Source: Prasinococcaceae sp. CCMP 1430 (Eukaryota; Plantae; Prasinodermophyta). Taken from it: a stretch of 39,239 bases of DNA. The DNA lies in NCBI GenBank assembly GCA_013416795.1, contig RQSC01000824.1, positions 48,520 to 87,758 on the forward strand. The letters run 5' to 3'. Position numbers and translations under genes: made by a program. Shown piece by piece: positions 36,401 through 39,239 of this stretch (positions are counted from its first letter, which is position 1; the number at the start of each line of letters is the position of its first letter). A model generated the notes under the pieces. It did no database searches, had not been told where the DNA came from, and was given only the letters and a program-made list of their open reading frames with translations.

Positions 36401-36832
36401 AAGCGGCCGTGGACGCTCTCGGGCATCACGTACCTCGTCTGACGCGGAAAGCGAAAAGCCGCCCAGAACCAGGCCAATGGCGCCAAGCGCGAGCGTCACC
36501 GCCAGATTGACGAGCAGCAGGCAGCAGGGGCGCGCCGCCGCCGCGCGGGCCGCGCGACGTCCGACCTGCTCGCGAAGCGCCGTCGTCACCGGCGTCGGCG
36601 CGGACTACTGGGTCAGCTGAGGCTACCAGGCAACAGCGCGACAGGCCTCGCGAGCACATATGACCCTCACCAGCCCGCCGCGAGGCGCGCTTCGCACATT
36701 GTCCCTGCGGGGCGCACCGGGCGCTCCTCCGTTCGGCGCCGCGCCCGCCTCGAACGCACGAAGCGACGGCGCCTGGGCCTGCGCCGGCGGCGCCGAGTAC
36801 GGCTCTCCCGCGCCGGACGCAATGCGGCCCAT
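33465..36832 (-). CDS. Patched/Dispatched-family (RND, sterol-sensing domain) membrane protein, 3 exons
   Basis: About 12 TM segments with GIGADDIFV (TM4) and GLSCDFVIH (TM10). N-terminal TM1 exon (~36434-36604) joined through GT-AG introns. ATG at 36832 is tentative. Confidence 0.85.
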
Positions 36833-37438
36833 GCGGCCTCGCGCGCCGCCTCCGCCCTCCGGNNNNNNNNNNNNNNNNNNNNNNNNNNNNNNNNNNNNNN
36901 NNNNNNNNNNNNNNNNNNNNNNNNNNNNNNNNNNNNNNNNNNNNNNNNNNNNNNNNNNNNNNNNNNNNNNNNNNNNNNNNNNNNNNNNNNNNNNNNNNNN
37001 NNNNNNNNNNNNNNNNNNNNNNNNNNNNNNNNNNNNNNNNNNNNNNNNNNNNNNNNNNNNNNNNNNNNNNNNNNGCTCGGCCCCCCGCCGCGGGGGCGTC
37101 GCTGGTGGGGCAACTGGCGCGGCCGCGCGGCCGGAGTCGAGAGGGAGCGGCCACGCGCGCACAGAGGCCAGGGGGCGCGGGCCAGTGGTAGGCGGCGGCA
37201 TCGTTTGATGGCGATTGGAGCTATGCCGATGCTCCCTCCAGTCCGCCTCCATCCCCGGCGTCCCCAGCCCCTCTCCTCGCACGCCATGCGTGGCACCCAG
37301 GCGCGCCCTCCGGGGTGGCCGCGGCTACTCAGCGCGTCTCCGGCGCATCGGATGGCGTAGCGCAGTCCATCGGCCCCGCGCCCTTTCGGGTGCACGCGCT
37401 GACCCTGCTGACCACACGCGCATGATACGCACCGACAG

Positions 37439-38044
37439 GTGTACGACCTTCCCGGCCAGCGCTATGACACGCCTCCCGACGCAGATCCGTTGCGCCAGTT
37501 TTACACGAGCCTACTCGAGCAGCGGCCCGAGTCGGCCATGGCCGAGCAGTGGTGTCTCTATCGCGGGCTGATGGACGCCGAGATGGTGCGTTCGTGCTTC
37601 TCAGCTGTGCGCGCGTGCAAGAGCGCATGAGTCCGTCAACGGCCGCCGCGCGCATGCACTCCTGAGCCCTCCTTTCCACGCACTGCCCCCATACCCCCGA
37701 CCGCAACCTCCCTCTCGCCTCGCCGTCACCCATGCTGATGCTCTCCCGCTGCCTCGTAACGACAGGCCAAGAAAGTAGCGCCTAAGTACGCGCGGGCTGA
37801 GAGCAAGGCTGCCGTGAAGAAGGCGGGGGCGGGGACGAAGGGTGCCAAGAAGACTGCTACCCAGAAGGGCGCCGTGGACAAGAAGGCGGCCGCAAAGAAG
37901 GCAGCCGCGAAGAAGGCGGCCGCCAAGAAGCCGCCGCCAGCGAAGGCCCCCGCCGCCAAGAAGAAGCCGGTCAAGCGCCCCCCTCCCGATTCCGACTCGG
38001 ACTCCGACGACGATGTGCCCCTCGCCCAGCGCATGAAGAGGTGA
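37439..38044 (+). CDS. Conserved hypothetical protein with Lys/Ala-rich tail (exons 37439-37585, 37766-38044; 5' exons probably in gap)
   Basis: YDLPGQRYDTPPDADPLRQFYTSLLEQRPESAMAEQWCLYRGL resembles a plant/algal uncharacterised family. Canonical splice sites in frame. Ends DSDDDVPLAQRMKR. Confidence 0.7.
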
Positions 38045-38298
38045 GCTGCGTGGGCTGACGCGGTAGGGTGATTAATTTTGAGAAACGCATGTGGAGCGCG
38101 CGCCCAGACACACTCCCTTCAGGCGTCCCGTGTGGCCAGGCCAACGACGGACCTGTGCACTGGCGGCGATCGAACCAAATCGGGTGAATGTTATTTATGT
38201 ACGCAAAGCTACTAAATCCGCTCCACATGCCGCCGCCGCTGCCACCGCCCGCCCGCCGGCGATGCGAGCGCGGCCTGCCGGCGCTGCACACGAACAAC

Positions 38299-38984
38299 TT
38301 AGCCCGACACGGCCGCGGCGCCACCCACGAGCTCGGAGAGCTCCTGCGTGATCTTGGCCTGGCGCTGACGGTTGAGCTGCGTGTCGAGCGTCTTGGCGAG
38401 CTCCTTGGCGTTGTCGGCGGCGTTGGACATGGCGTTCATGCGGGCGGCGAGCTCCGAAGCCACGCTCTCCTGGAGCGCGCGAAGCAGCTGCGAGTTGAGG
38501 TAGAGCGGCAGGAGCGCGTCGAGGATCTGCACGGGGTCCTGCTCGAAGGTGAGGTTCGCCTCGAACGAGGTGTCGAGCTCCTCGGTCTTGCTCTCAACGG
38601 CAAGCTTGCCGTCCTGCGAGGTGAGGAAGAAGACCTCGTCCTCGGCGGCGTCGATGCAGTTGCCCTCAACGTCGCAGATCTCGCCCTTGGGCGTCAGCGG
38701 CAGCAGGGTCTGCACCACCGGCTTCGAGGCGATCAGCGACACGAACTTGGTGTACACGATCTCGACCTTGTCGCACTCCTCCGACACGAACTGCGAGAAG
38801 ATCTCGTCGGCGATCGACTGCGCCTCCTTGGTGGTCGGGTTCTGGCCGGCGACGACCTCCTTGGCGATGGGGTAGTCGCGGCGCTTGAAGTAGGTGATGC
38901 ACTTCTTGCCGACGGCCACCAGGCTGAAGTCGACGCCCATGGCCTTGAGCTCGTTGCAGCGCGTCTCGGCCATCTTGAGCGCGT
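38299..38984 (-). CDS. atpC: Chloroplast ATP synthase gamma subunit, 3' exon
   Basis: TLLPL..GEICDVEGNCIDAAEDE redox insert, FEQDPVQILDALLPLYLN, ASELAARMNAM and RQAKITQE. Acceptor CAG ends at 38985. Confidence 0.95.
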
Positions 38985-39239
38985 CTGTGGGGACAGGCGG
39001 CGGGAGAGGGCGGGCAGGCGCGAGCGAGGTGGCCAGGCGGCCGAGTGGAGCGGTACCAAAAAAAAAAAAAAAAGGGTGGCCGTCAGCTTCGGAGGGTACA
39101 CAACAGCACGTGGGGGCAAGCGCGCACACGGGCGCGAGCCGGGGCTGCGTGGTCGCGGGCGGGCGGAAGCGCTCCCCGTTCGATGCAGGGACGCGCTCCG
39201 CCGCCCACGCGCGCGGCCCTCCGCGCTCGCGCCGCCGAC

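Noticed and set aside
37766-38044. Histone H1
   Set aside because: Only a KKAAA-rich tail with no winged-helix globular domain; it splices to a different conserved exon.

Overview
GC-rich, gene-dense eukaryotic nuclear DNA, most likely from a green alga. Evidence: GT-AG introns with GTGCG/GTACG donors and CTGAC-type branch points, nucleus-encoded plastid ATP synthase gamma with the redox Cys pair, and plant-type chorismate mutase and class II TPS. The window has five N-gaps plus a single N. It holds about 19 genes, many in head-to-head pairs: an ankyrin protein plus a disrupted ankyrin relic, CFAP74, the RPL40 3' exon, a small membrane protein, a hypothetical protein, ornithine carbamoyltransferase, EPSP synthase, a DCN1-like protein, RTRAF, an Stc1-like Cys protein, dehydroquinase/shikimate dehydrogenase, the PP4 catalytic subunit, chorismate mutase, a Moonraker-like C-terminus, class II TPS, a nucleoredoxin-like protein, a DBP8/DDX49-like helicase, a Patched/Dispatched-family protein, a Lys-rich conserved protein and the atpC 3' exon. 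Most notable: (1) three shikimate/aromatic amino acid pathway genes within about 10 kb; (2) an AT-rich, multi-hairpin element inside an intron of the shikimate dehydrogenase gene; (3) a candidate intronic H/ACA snoRNA in RPL40; (4) two non-autonomous inverted-repeat elements, one flanked by a 5-bp direct repeat inside an ankyrin relic; (5) a dense GTAC cluster upstream of chorismate mutase. All protein assignments come from motif recognition, not database searches.
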